Part shown: one piece after another, positions 37,201 to 50,595 of the stretch | Numbering within the stretch: position 1 is the first letter of the stretch | Layout of the letters: each line of letters opens with the position of its first letter | From: Vitrella brassicaformis CCMP3155 | Taxonomy: Eukaryota > Protista > Chromerida | Assembly (NCBI GenBank): GCA_001179505.1 | Contig: CDMY01000603.1 | Location: 124,001 to 188,000, forward strand | Length of the DNA: 64,000 bases | Direction: 5' to 3' | The notes under the pieces: model-generated | What the model was told of the DNA's origin: nothing | Database searches by the model: none | The model's input: the letters and a program-made list of their open reading frames with translations, nothing else | Translations under genes and position numbers: made by a program

Positions 37201-39980
37201 ATTCCCAAGACAACAGCCAGCAGCTTGCCGTGGCATATTAATTGTGGTGTGTGTGACACACACACACCACACACACCTGTCGGTAGATGTCGGGTTTGTT
37301 GCCGGGCAGCTGTCCCGCCTCCGCCACGCACGCCCACCGGCTCTCAAACACCACACACGACGGCACTCCGCCGTCAGCGTCATCCGCCTCGCCACCCCGG
37401 TCGTCCGCCATTGCCGCACGGGGGAAGTTGGTCAGAGGGGCAGGGAGAGTGAAGGTGGGGTCTGACGCGTGCAGCAGCGTCTCCCATGTCCGCAGAGTCG
37501 TGAGCAAAGCGGACGACTGGGGGAGCGACTCGACGCTGGGAAGAGACGGAGGCCGGTCGGGTGACGTGAGCAGCCGGAGCACGGGAACGAGCATCTCGAT
37601 CGTTGAGAGCAACTGCAGGCGAGATGGATGACACAGCCGGTGCTGCAAATGTGTTGTGAGGTGTCGAGAAGCGCCAGGTGTCGTGTCGCCACTCACCCTG
37701 TCTCTGCTTCCGTCCGTCATCGCAGTCTTGTCTGTGGGCAGGCCGCATTCATCACGAAACGCCTCCGACGCCACCTCATCCACCACACGCCCAATCACCT
37801 CCTTGGCCCACTCGGCCAGCCTCACTGTACCGCCCCCGCTCTTCAGCCCCTCACCAGTCGGCTCGCGGCCGCCCACCGACGGGCTCGACGCCGGGCTGCT
37901 GACAACGGAGCCAAAGGCTTGCGTGACGCCCTCCACCAACGCCCCCACCAGAGCGGCTCGACTCTCCCTCATCGCGATGAGCGACAGAGTGCCGTCAGCC
38001 GCCAGCATCCACAGGACGTGCCACCGAGCGTCATATTTGGCGTCGACAGCGCTGCCTGCGGCCGTCCACTCATGCTCGACAGCGATTCTGTCGACGTTGC
38101 AGAGAAGGACTGATGGCGAGAGGGGGGCGAAGGAGACGAGGCGCGACGACGACACGCTCTGCAGTAGATGGAGGGATGGCGGAGGGGCAGTGGGGTGGGT
38201 GAACCGCAGAGTGGTGAGCACGAGGCCGTGCGAGTCCGCCACCCACAGCCGACCGCCTGGACGGGCAGATAGGATGCTGTGTGCGGTTTTGGGGGACGAC
38301 CCATCGGCATCTGTTGGAAGGCAAAAGGGACTCTGTGGATGTGAGTGGCACCATTTCGATGGAAGGACGCGTAGCTCGTCTGCCTACCCTCCGTATGTGT
38401 GGGGGCGTGTGGTGGGTGTTGCTGTCTTGGTGTCCTCCAGCAGGCAGCGTGCTGTCCCTGGTGGGGCTTCGACCCGATATGTGTGAGGCCCACGCCGCCC
38501 TCCCACTGATACACACCATTCCGACTCTCCCCTGGATATATAAACCAATCAGCCAACCAACCACACGCACAAGTTGCTCGGCTCTCCCTCCCTGTCTGTC
38601 TCTTGCGGACCGGAAACGAGCAGAGGCGCTCTGGATGCTTGTCCGGCACTGCAGCTGGCGAAGCCACCGGATGCAGCTGACGCCACGGCAGGGGCATCGT
38701 CACTGTGCGCGGTGCCGTCCTCCTGGGCGAAGAATGCGTCCAGGCCATCTAGTGACGGGTCGGCGCTCGTGGGCGCCACATCGAGACCCGTGACGCCGCC
38801 GCACTGCAGTAGACAAAGACCGACACAGACATCTTGGTCTGGCCGGCTATTAGAGGTGGGCCCACCTCTCCATTGACCAGTAGCTGGGCGGCACACAAGG
38901 CTGCGTCGGAGCGCCTTCGTGACGACTGAACGAACACATACACACACGTATGGTATGCACGTGAGATGGCGCCTCATGTGCTCACTGCACACTGATGGTT
39001 TGTCTTCAATCTATCTATCCGTGTCAGTCAGTCAGTCAGTGAGTCGCCCGCCCACCCACCCTCCCACCCACCCACCAGTGTCATGATATGCGCCAGTGCG
39101 ATCTCCACGACGACTCCCCTGTCGTCCCCGACATACAGACGGCAATGGTCCCTACTCCAACACTGAGCAACAAACACAGCACGGCATTCGAAACAAGAGC
39201 AAGAAAGCTTAGGGCATGGTTGCGCATAAATGGCCACCCGACCACCCACCATTGCCGTGATGTGGTGGAGGCGAGTGGTGGTGGTGGTGGTGCCGTCGCC
39301 GCCGTCTTGCCCGGACATGGTGTAGTGGATGGGCTGCACCAGCTGCCAGCTCGACGGGTCACATGGGTGCAGCACCACCAACACCTGCATGACGTGACGA
39401 ACAGACAGAAAGTCAGAAGAATGTTACAACGGAAACCTGAGTGACAGACTGACTGACTGATTGCGTGCCTGCGTTCAGCAGTCAGGCACTCAGTTATTTA
39501 CCTGTCCGTCTGCTGTGCCGACGGCCAGCGCCTCCCCATCTGACGATAACGCCGCCTGAAGGAACCAAAACAAACCAACCAACCAGGATGCACACAGAAA
39601 CGGCGAATGAATCCATCGTATCAATCCATCTACCTTAAGGTGTTCTAACGTTCACCCACCTTTGCTACGGCTGCATCGGTCGGCAGGTCGACCCTCCCGC
39701 ACAGCTCGAAAGGCCCCGCTGCAGTCTGCGACCTGCCAGGACATCCACACATAACTAACATCCACACCTGTCTGTCATCGGCCCTCACTCCTCTCATGGG
39801 GTGATTGACGCAGTGCATTCACTCACTCACGGCCGGCTGGGCTCACCTGCCGATGAGGAGGGCGCCTCTCTGGCCACCGATAACGGTGAGATCTCCGTTA
39901 GCGCCGATGCATGTCCAGGGAGAGCCGTCGGGTGGCAGGGGAATGTCGAACCGAAAGAAATACAGGTGCGGGGACTCCAT
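34201..39980 (-). CDS. HPS5/TECPR2-like WD40 beta-propeller plus helical C-terminus, multi-exon
   Basis: Spliced N-terminus MESPHLYFFRFDIPLPPDGSPWTCIGANGDLTVIGGQRGALLIGR...ALSSDGEALAVGTADGQ...CWSRDHCRLYVGDDRGVV resembles HPS5/TECPR2 blades. Long exons at 35613-37193 and 37238-38242. Confidence 0.65.
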
Positions 39981-40160
39981 CCTTCATGCCTCCACGGGCA
40001 TTCATATCCCTCTCTCGAATCAACGAATCGCAGAGCATTGCGAGCTTCCAAGCTCGCAGCTCAGGAGTAGTTGCTCCGTGAGCTGGTCTCTATCGTCTGT
40101 CTGACTGTCGCATCATATCTGTGTGTCGTGTGGAGGAGCGTCAGTCGCCAGCAAAGCAAG

Positions 40161-41951
40161 ATGCTGTCTGGGAGCGAGGTGCCGCCATCGGGTGGGGACC
40201 CCTACACCGAGGCCTACCGGCTGGCGCAGCAGCTGCAGGTAAGTAACCCCACACGCACACCAGGGGGGAAGCGCACAGATGCACGTGGCGACAGATGCAC
40301 CACGAGATCTGTGTGGCGTGTGTCTCACTGCCTGCCTGTGCTGTGTGGGTGGCTGCAGGCGCTTCAGCTGCAGCAGCAGCAACAGCAGCTGCAGCAGCAG
40401 CAGGACCTGTTTATGAAGGCCAAGCAGGCGCAGCAGAACCCCACGCCGCCGGGGAGCGGTCAGTCACAGAACGCCAAACCGAGGAGCATCCTCTACAAGA
40501 CCAAGAAGTGCAGGTCAGTGAGTGAAGCGACAGGCATCTCAGGCAATGAAGTCCTCGCACACTGTGCCTCATACGCTGTCGCCTGCAGGTTCTACGAGAA
40601 GGGAGCGTGTCTCTGGGGCAACACTTGCAGGTGAGGTGGGTAGATGAGGGTGCTGATGCGTACGTGTCTCACGCCGGTTGAGCGTGGCAACTGAGGTCAC
40701 TTGTGTGTCTGTCTGTCTTTCTCTCCTCGGCCTGCCTTTTGTGTGATGGTGTGACGTATCTATCGTTGGTATCAATCAGGTTTGCTCACACGGATGCGGA
40801 GCGTCGTGAGAAGCCTGACCTCAAATACACCAAGATATGCAAGCCGTACTTCGCCGGACAGTGCTTCGATTTGAACTGCGGTTTCGCTCACAGGTACGTA
40901 GGTGCATCACATCACACATTCTCTGATCTAAAGGAAGCCTGAGCCCACCTTCTCATTGCCCCTCTGTGTGTGTGTGTGTGCATCTATCTGTCGATCAGTT
41001 TCGCCGAGTTGCGTAAGTTGCCGGACCCCGTGACGTCTGCTCGTCGCGACCCGAGCAGCTTCGTGCGTGCCGCGCCCCAGCGGCTGCCGCACGAGATGGT
41101 GCCGGACGGTGGCGCCAGCAGCACCACCGCCCCTGACGGGAACCCCTTCACCATCCCCCTCCCCTCATTCACTGACCTCACCCGGCTCCACCAGGACCCC
41201 AACACACTCACCGCCGCCCAGCAGCACCAGGTCGTCACGACCAACATCAATGGCCACCCCTACGCCGCCGCCCAGTCCATCCCCCTCACCCCGCCCTCAC
41301 CCAACATGCAGCTCATGCAGGACCCTTACAAGATGCAAAGCCGCCTGTACGCTCAGCTGCAGGCGCAGGCTCAGGCGCAGGCCCAGGCCGCAGCTGCAGC
41401 AGCGGCTGTGGGGGCGCCGCCGCCGTATGACGAGAGCGATGTGGTGGTTGAGGCGGGTCGCAAGGCGACCAACAAGATGGTGCCGGCTCACCCGCCCATG
41501 ATCCAGATGCCGTTCGAGCTCACGTCGATTTTGAATTTTTTGGAGGACACGGGCGGCAACATGGCGGGCGCGGCAGCGGCAGCCGCCGCTACCAACGGAC
41601 TCGTCGGGGTGGGGGCTACCAACCAGCTTGTCGGGGCTACCAACGGACTCGTCGGGGCTAGCAACGGACTCGTCGGGGGGCCGGCCGTCGGGGTGGCCGT
41701 CGAGGAACACCCGTGGCAGGTACGCACGGGACGGACCGGCGCATGATGGATGGGATGCACTGAAGGGAGGAAGGAGTGACTGACCACGTTGTCTGTCTGT
41801 TCTCTGTGTGTGATGTGATTGTGTGCAGGAGCGTGTGGGCGGTCCCCCTCCGCCCCCCTCTACGCCACCGTCGCAGCGGCTGCAGGGCGTCCAGCAGGGG
41901 CTGCAAGGCGTCCAGCAGGGGCAGCGCATCATACGGGTGCCATACTCGTGA
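40161..41951 (+). CDS. Tandem CCCH (TIS11/ZFP36-type) zinc-finger RNA-binding protein
   Basis: Spliced YKTKKCRFYEKGACLWGNTCRFAH and YTKICKPYFAGQCFDLNCGFAH. Q/A-rich low-complexity tails. TGA at 41949-41951. Confidence 0.85.
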
Positions 41952-44896
41952 GGGGGGGAGGGAGGGAGGGAGGGAGGGTGGGGGAGACACACAGGGAGGG
42001 AGGGATGGAGAGGGGAGGGGAGGGGAACGGCAGGGAAGGAGGGATAGTGGTGAGTGGATTGATTTATCCATCCAGATAGATCCAACCATGCATCCATTGG
42101 GTGTTGGGCATCACATCTCACTCACTGGCTGGCTGGCAGGCGTGTCTCTTTCTTTCGGAGAGCATCCATCCCTACCGTCCATCCCATCCATCCATCCATA
42201 TGTCATACATGTCCATCTCATTGGGTTGGCATAGTGGCGTGATTTGGTGTGTGGTGCGCGTGCGTGGCCTGTCTGTCTGTCTGTCTGTCTAAGTGGCTCA
42301 TGTGGTCAGTCTACAATCATCAATAAATAACTGGGGGAGGGCGATGAGCGAGGCGGGAGGCTTCACGAGGGAAGTCACCTCGTGAGTGAGCGACGGCTCC
42401 CCTCCCTCTCTCAACCTGACCATCCGGCCGTCGGTCCTTCCTTCCTGACCTCTATCAATCTATCATCTATCTCTCTTTCCGTCGATCGTGGTGATGATGA
42501 CCATTTGGTTTAGTCACGAGGGCGCTCCATGGCAGGGAGGGAGGGAGGGATGATGTACCTCATGGGTCGACTGACACGGACGGAGCGGCTGGGAGGGAGG
42601 GAGGGAGAGAGGGGTTGCATTTGCAACTGCTGTATGCGGTCGTGACAGCCATTTCACAGTCACAACCGCCGCATATCAGTCAGTGGTTTTTTGCTTTTGG
42701 CCATACATGCATGCCATGCCAACTACTAACAGGCAGGCAGATAGATGTGGTGTGCCTCGTGTGACGGACGGACGGATGGATGGATGGATGTGCGCCGTGC
42801 CGTGCGGGCGGCAGCTCAGCTCAGCCCGCTTTGCTTATACAATATATAAGATCCATACACACATAACTGACATACTCCTTGCGTTGCGTTTGGTACATTC
42901 ATTGTCATGTTACGTCTGTATGTCTGTCTGTCTGCATTATCTATCGTACGAATGTTTGTATGGTATGTATCTTTGTGTGAATCAACAGTTTTCTCAAGAG
43001 AGCCGACTCGTGCCGGGCGGACGGGCCGACAGACAGACAGACAGACAGACAGACAGAGAGACAGAGAGACAGCCGGCTGGATGGATGGATGGAGCCAATT
43101 CATTCGTTCATACCAAAGATACCTCTCTCTGGTTGGTGGGTAGGTACATGCCTTCCTTCCTTCTACTCGACAGGCATCGATTAACAACACCTGCATGGCT
43201 TGCTGTGTCCTAGTGTGTGAAAGCGTATGTGCGTACGATGCGCGATGTGTGTGTATTGGGGGGGCGGGGCGGGTGGATGGATGGATGACCTGTGCGATTG
43301 CGTGCGTCTCGTGTGTGTATGTGTATGTGTGTGTGCATTTCGATGTCGCTCTCACTCTATCTCGCTCTATCTATCCCCGCATTCATTGCATTCATTGCCA
43401 CATTGGTTGTCCCTCCACTCCACTGATGTCCGTCCCTATGGTATGTGATTGATGTACGTGTGGTATGTGATTGATGTACGTGTGTTTGTCGCATGGAGAA
43501 TGCATGCCACGGGTGGGTGCCATTCGCCGACCGATCGATGATGTGATTGTTGACGATACTGATTATATTTTGTCCTTTTAGTTAGGCAGACAGACAGACA
43601 GACATGGACAGGGCAGACACCCTCCCTCCCTCGCTGTCCCTCACCCACCCTCTCGTGTGGGCCCCGCCCCGTGGGTGTGTCTATGTGTGTCTGCCTAGCG
43701 TATGTGAGTCTTTTTCACCTCTATCAATCAATCAATCATATCAAGGATGTTGCCCTACCTTCCTCCTGCACTCACTGCTCATACAGTCAGTCACTCACTC
43801 AGTCAGTCATGCCAGGCACTCCACTCACCACCCCCCACTCCACTCACTCTGGCGGTGGTTGCTTGCGACCATGCAATCAACACCTGCCTGCACGCCTCCA
43901 TGTTGCTTTCTTGGCGTGCAGTGCAGGGCGTCTGCGGAGGGCGGGGTCGGGGGGCGGGTGGGTGCACGGCATGGCACAACAGGCTGCAGTGAAGCACGCG
44001 GATCGAGCCGGAGGGGAGTCGACTTGAGCCGCAGGGAATTCGTGCGGCTGTCGGCGTCTCTCCTGAGCTCGTGACGTGTGCGCCGTGCATCCGTGTGTAT
44101 GTAGATTGGTTGACAGTCATTTTGTCGGCTGCTGAGCGACCCGCCCCACACCTCTCACCGTGCGTGCAGTGCATGGCCTGTGTGTCCCCTTCTGTCGCAC
44201 TCGTCGATGTCTCGATCACTTCTCCGTCTGTGTCGTGTGTGTGTGGGGTGTTTGGATTGGCTGGCAGTGGCGCTCTCTCTCTCTCTCTCTCTCTGGCTTT
44301 CTACCCTCTGTGCATTTCTGGAGTGATTATGATACATACGAGGGGCGGCGTGGGTGTCGTCTGCCTGTCTGCCTCTGAGAAGGCCAGCAAGCAAGCAGCC
44401 ATTTGCAACGCAACTCTTCCGGATCGACGGTAGGCCGGGTGATTCTTTGTCACTCTGCTGTGCCGCCCGCCCGCCCGCCCATGCATGGATGCATGGATGG
44501 ATGTGGTTTGACCGACTTGCTGGGGCATGTGTAATGTGTATGTGTGTATACGGCGTGTGCGCTGGTTTTTATACATAAGCCATCATAACATGACATAGCA
44601 ATGTGCTGCCGTGGTGTGGTAAGGTAGGTGTCTGTGTCTGTGGCTGGCCGGCTGCTGCTTGATCTGATCACGTCTGCCGCCGGGTGGGCGGGGGGGCAGG
44701 AAGCCGTCATCGCCCTGTGTTTGTCGGTCATCGGCAGACAGACAGACAGATGTGCTGGTTACCTGGCCGGGAGGCCGATGTGCTCAACATTTGGACCGCC
44801 TGCTCTCGTTTGGCGTGCCAATCTTCCCAACTGACCGCCGAGTGGTTTTATTGCTGACTGACACATTCTGACTCACTCACGCACTTCCCCATACCC

Positions 44897-44930
<34 letters not shown>

Positions 44931-47900
44931 CGTCTCTCTCCAAACCAGTGTTTTCATTCTGTCTGTCTCTCTGTGTGTGAATGAATGGATGGATGGATGT
45001 GCCATGGGAGGGAGGGAGGGAGGGAGGGTGGGCGAGTGGGTGTGTGGGTGTTTGACTGATTGAGCGCCTCATTGACCGATCGACACATTTATCTTGCCTG
45101 CCCGCCCGCCTGCTTGGAATGAGTGAAGAGTCTGATCTTTTTCGCCGCTATTTTTCTCGAACCATTTCCCCTGCCGAAGCAGATAGACAGACAGACAGAC
45201 ACCATGACCACACCACGCCAGCACGCACTCCCTCACGCGCATATGCCACGGCCGGTGTCGTGTGTGGTGTCTCTCTCCCGTCATTGGATCGTTATTTTGT
45301 CCTTGCCCTTGCTGCCCGCCTGCCTGCCTGCCTGCCTGACCGCCATCCAGCAAGCCATGGAGTGAATGAGTAACTGCCCTCCCTCTCTGTCTGCAGTCGT
45401 GGCGGCCAAATTGGCCGCGCGACGTCAGACAGAGAGCCTCGCTTCGCCGTTTACTGTCATCCGGACCTGATTGAAATATCGAGAATCAGGAACTGTTTTG
45501 CCTTTGGCTGGCAGCCTGGCAATGGGCGGCAGATAAATGGAGGATGGATGGATGGGCGAGCAGAGGGGGCAGGCGGGAGGGGTGACGCACGTGTATTTAA
45601 CAGTCAGGTTCGCACACCACTCATACTCATTATTCATTCACACACATACACAACACACCCGTGTAGACACACTCTGCTGCCACCCACTCATCCACACACA
45701 CACACACACACACACACATGGGTTGGTTCCATCCATTTCTGTCTCGCACACACACGTGGGCGGTGCAAGCCACATGCACTGCCAGCTGTCGTGCTGTGCC
45801 GTGTCATGGGTCATGGCGTGTTCGTGGGTGGGTGGGTGGTATCATCGACAAAACCTTTGATTTAGTTAGTGCAGCAGCCGGCTATCTATCTAGATATCCT
45901 TGTTCGATTCGATTGCGCGCGAGAGAGAGGACAGGGAGGGCGGCAGGCATTGAGGGCAGGAGGGGAGGGAGGGAGGAAGCTATTTGTTGTTTGTTTGTGA
46001 CATGAGCGGCGAATGAATGGTGTGAGGGCGGGCGGGGAGGTGAGGTGAGGTTGCTCTCTGTTTGTTTTGGTGTGTGTGTTGTCCTTGTCAACAATTTCTT
46101 ATCCTCACCCACCCACTTTCTCACTCATTCGAGCTCTGGTGATACAGACAGACAGACAGACAGACAAGCTTGTGTGTGTGTGTGTGATGTGTGTGTAATG
46201 TCAGTCATCCTCCTATCCCCCCTAGTGCTAGTGCGTGTGTGTCGTTCCCTATGAAGATGCCTATGTATGTATGTATGTATGTGCCTCTGCTGCGTACGTG
46301 TGTGCATTTCATTCCTCCTCCATATGCCCTGCAGGCCTGACTGTGTGCTTTTTTGCCATCTGCTGACTCACTCACTCGCTGCCTCTCTGACTTCCTGACT
46401 GACTGCATTGCGTGCGCTGTGTATGTATGTATGTATGTATGTATGCATGTATATGGATGGATGGATGGATGTACCCATCCATCCATCCCCCGCATGTGTG
46501 CCTTCCCCCTCCCTCCTTTCCTCTCTCTCTCACCACCCTTCACCTCCCTGCTGGCCCCATTCCGGATTGACGCGTGTCGTGTCGTGTCACGACGGTATCC
46601 TGAAAGACAGGGAGACAGACATCCAGAGAGCCAAGCTGTTCTTCCTTTTCGGTTTGTGTGGGGTCTCGCGTATCGGTCACCATGCAGACCCCATGACAGA
46701 ATTCAATCATCAACAGCAAGACTGACAGAGACCAAGACGAGCTGGAGAGGGAGGGAGGGAGGGGAGGGNNNNNNNNNNNNNNNNNNNNNNNNNNNNNNNN
46801 NNNNNNNNNNNNNNNNNNNNNNNNNNNNNNNNNNNNNNNNNNNNNNNNNNNNNNNNNNNNNNNNNNNNNNNNNNNNNNNNNNNNNNNNNNNNNNNNNNNN
46901 NNNNNNNNNNNNNNNNNNNNNNNNNNNNNNNNNNNNNNNNNNNNNNNNNNNNNNNNNNNNNNNNNNNNNNNNNNNNNNNNNNNNNNNNNNNNNNNNNNNN
47001 NNNNNNNNNNNNNNNNNNNNNNNNNNNNNNNNNNNNNNNNNNNNNNNNNNNNNNNNNNNNNNNNNNNNGAAGGGGGAGTGGACAGATTTAAAGTGTATGG
47101 TGCATTCATTGTGTATGTGTGTATGTATGTGGGTGTGTGAATGCGTGTCGGTGGAGTGAATGAATGAGATGGATGAGAGTGTATTTGATGGTTGGTCAAC
47201 TGGCTAGGAGTCCGGTCTGTACTCGCTTTTTATGTCATTCTCTTTTGCATTATCGATTGATTCATCGACTGACTCGTCGTCACGTCACATCCGTCCGTGC
47301 GTATCGATCACGCATACATGCATACATGCATACATACATCCATACGTGAGTCCGCTATTTCCTTCGCTCTCTCTGGCTGGATGGGGTCGGCCGGATTTAC
47401 AGAAATGCATTTTTTTCAACCCAGTATTGATTGGCGGGACTGAGTCCGTTCTTCTTATGCCTGCCTGCCGGCCGCTTCTCCGTCCGTCGCTCTGTCCGTC
47501 TGTATGTCTGTCAGGCAGCCCGCTCGCTTGTCGTTGTGTCCCTCCAGAGCATTTGTGACGATCGATCGAATCGAGAGAAGGGGGACACGAGTTGTGCATG
47601 GGGTATGGTATGGCGATGGAAGAGAGGCCGCGCTCACCACGCTTTATGGATGGATGGATGGATGGACGGGCACAGGATAGGATGCACATGTACGTGAGTC
47701 CCGTACGTACAAAGTAGTAGTGCCCTCCTGCCTGTCTGCCGCTCGATCCCTCCCTCTCTCCCTCATCGCGTGATGTGATCCATCCATCCATTGGTCTGTC
47801 TATGCATCCACCCCTTTTGTCACAAGCTTGGTACGGCCAGCCGGCATGCAGAGAGTGGGTGAGGGAGTGTTTTGTGTGATTTTCTCTCTGATGTCATGCA

Positions 47901-48690
47901 GTGTGTCTGCATCAACGAATGCACGCCCGCCTCGCCCGCCCGCCCGCCCGCTCGCTCGCTCACCCACTTTTGTCTGACTGACAGTGCGATATATGCAATC
48001 GATATACGTAACGTAGCCACGTGCATCCACCCCATATATACCGACGTGCATGGCAGACAGCCGTCGCACTGCTCACGACTGACTGACACACATGCGTACA
48101 CTGCCTGCAGTAGAGTGAGTGCCGGCCAGGCGGACGGGCAGTCGGGGCGGGCAGACACCCGCTCATTTGCTGGTTGATTGGTTTGCAGTGGTGCTTGAGA
48201 GGGAGGCAGGCAGGCAGGCATATGCATGGCATGCATCAGACCGACAGGCACTGGTTGTGCTCATACTCACTGTCTGTCTATCGACCGATCGATGTCTATC
48301 CATCCATCCATCCATCCATCGATGTCGATCATCGCGTCATTCATCATGTCAGTCATTCTGTCGGTCAGTGCGCTCGCTGCAGTCACCGTTTGTCAGTGGG
48401 TGAGTGATGATGAGTGAGAGAGCATTCATTCAATCACATGATGACTCATTTGTATGAATGTTTGTCTGCAAGTGACTTGCTTTCGTCCGTGTGAATGAAT
48501 GCAGTTCGTCACACACACATCACATCCGCAACAGAGCCTGCCTTGAGCTCGCATACGCCGCGACGAAGCGCATTCTGCGTGTGCCTGTTGCCTGTTTGGT
48601 GTGTGCACTGGACAAAGGATGCCTGTCTAGGGGTGTCCCGTCAAACCCTTAACCGACGACCGACTGCAGTGCTTTCCTTGTCCTCCCTCA
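41952..48690. repeat. ~6.7-kb microsatellite-dense non-coding region ((GGGA)n, (GACA)n, (TGGA)n, (GT)n, (TATG)n, (CT)n)
   Basis: No credible spliced coding chain. The ORFs here are translations of simple repeats. Confidence 0.7.
46769..47068. other. Assembly gap (300 N) at a (GGGA)n tract
   Basis: Run of n. Confidence 0.99.
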
Positions 48691-48692
48691 CA

Positions 48693-50322
48693 ATGGCTGA
48701 GGGTTCGTTGCTGAGCATGCCGATGCTGATTCTGAACATGGGAGGCGAGATGATCTATGTGCTGGACCAGCGCCTCAGGGCGCAGAGCATCCCACTCGCC
48801 AAGAGCCAGAAGGTGCTCGCGGACGTCATCAAGACCATGCACTTCGGCAAATTCATCATGGTGGGTCAGTTCGCGACTCATGAATGACATGACATCGAGG
48901 CCACGATTGCTCTCGTGCGTGTTGTGTGTGTAGGAGCTGTTCAAGCCTCAGGAGCCGTACTCATCGGCCTCGCTTCGGCAGATCTTCGACAAGCTGGCGC
49001 ACAGCAGCATAATGCGGCTCAACGAGAGCTCGATGGACAAGCTTGTCGACCTCATGGCGATGGGCTTCAAGTACCAGCTCGTCTACTGCTCCTTCCCAGA
49101 GGAGCTCTTGGAGGTCACCATCAACCACCTAGAGGCATCCAAGGCACTCGTCAAGAGCCCCATCGTGGCCAACATGATCGACGTCACCATCTCCCTCTGC
49201 CACACGGCATACGACCGCCTCACACCCGCCGAATTCGCCCTTCTGCGCCAGACGCTCGCGGCGGTCTTCCAGGACCGGCGCGTCAAGGTGTCGATATTCC
49301 TGCAGGACGGCCTGCAGAGCGCCGACGGGGCCATTTGCGTGCCGGTGGGCGGCCCGCTGGCCTATGGGGCGGAGAGGCCGGGAGTGGTCAAGTACATTGA
49401 CAAGGGCGTGGTGCATCGCACGGTGGTCTTGGACCCCGCCCCGGTTAAGAGCGACGAGTGGCTGCCGCCCACAGCGCCCTCGCGGCTCAGCGCTGTGCGA
49501 TGGTCCAAACTCGGCCTCAACCTATACGCCAAGGTGACGATAGAAAAGCCAATGTATCCATCACATCAGCACATGCCTGTGCGGTGTGTGCGTTGATTTC
49601 TTTGCTCAGGAGAGGCCGTCAGCACACCCCAAGCCCGCAGCGGCCGCCAATACCCAGACTGCCCCAGCTGCCCGCGATGATCAGACGGCCGGCACGGCAG
49701 CGGCCAAACCACCGGTGGGTGAGGGAGACCAACAGGACGGCACAGATCAACATATATCGTTCATCTGTGTGGTTCATGCCCTGTGTGGCAGGTGTCGCCG
49801 GAGGTGAGCAGCCGGGCGGTCTTGGGTGAGTTGAACCACTTGGCCTCTCTGCTGGGCCAATCAGCGGCCTCCGACAGCACGGCCGACAACTTCTCCCTCA
49901 ACCTATTCGCTGACAGAGGTCAGAGGCACACAGAGGCACACAGCCACAACGAACACAGCAGAAAGAATCATGGCGTCCGCTACAAACACACACGAATTCT
50001 CCGTGAGCAGATCCGTTTAGCATCAGCTCGCCGCACTCACAGCTGTCGTCCGAGAGAGGCGCGCCGCATGTCGTGATGGACGCCAGGTCGCCGCACGGCC
50101 ACCGAGGCCAACAGGTCAGTCAGCTAAATGATATATGAGCAAATGAAATAAATGATCGACATACATGGTGTGTGTATCTGTTGGTGTCAGGTCGAGGCGT
50201 TGCGGCAGCGTCTGGATCGTGACTTCGCATTGGCGGATGGTGGGCCAGGCTCCTCTGGCCAGGGCAAGAAGGATGAAGACGACCTGCTCGATTTGATGGA
50301 CGCGGCAACGAGCAAGGGCTGA
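48693..50322 (+). CDS. OSCP1: Organic solute carrier partner 1 (OSCP1/NOR1) homologue
   Basis: MPMLILNMGGEMIYVLDQRLRAQSIP...KVLADVIKTM...ELFKPQEPYS...FDKLAHSSIMRLNESSMDKLVDLMAMGFKYQ is the OSCP1 signature. Ends DLLDLMDAATSKG*. Confidence 0.92.
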
Positions 50323-50595
50323 CTGACTGACGGACGGACGTGCCCGCGCGAATAGTGTGTGTGAATAGTGTGCGTGTGGCACGGCTGCCTAGAGTGAAAT
50401 AGTGTGCAGACTGCTGGGACGGATAGACACATCTATCCATCTTATGAGTGCGATGTCCAAGGGTTGTTCACATCACCATCCATCCATCCATCCATCCATT
50501 CGTCCATTCGTCCTTCATCCATACGTATGTGTATGTGTATGTGTATAGGAACAACATAGTCTCATGGGGTCCGTCCAGCCCACGGCGGATCGGTA

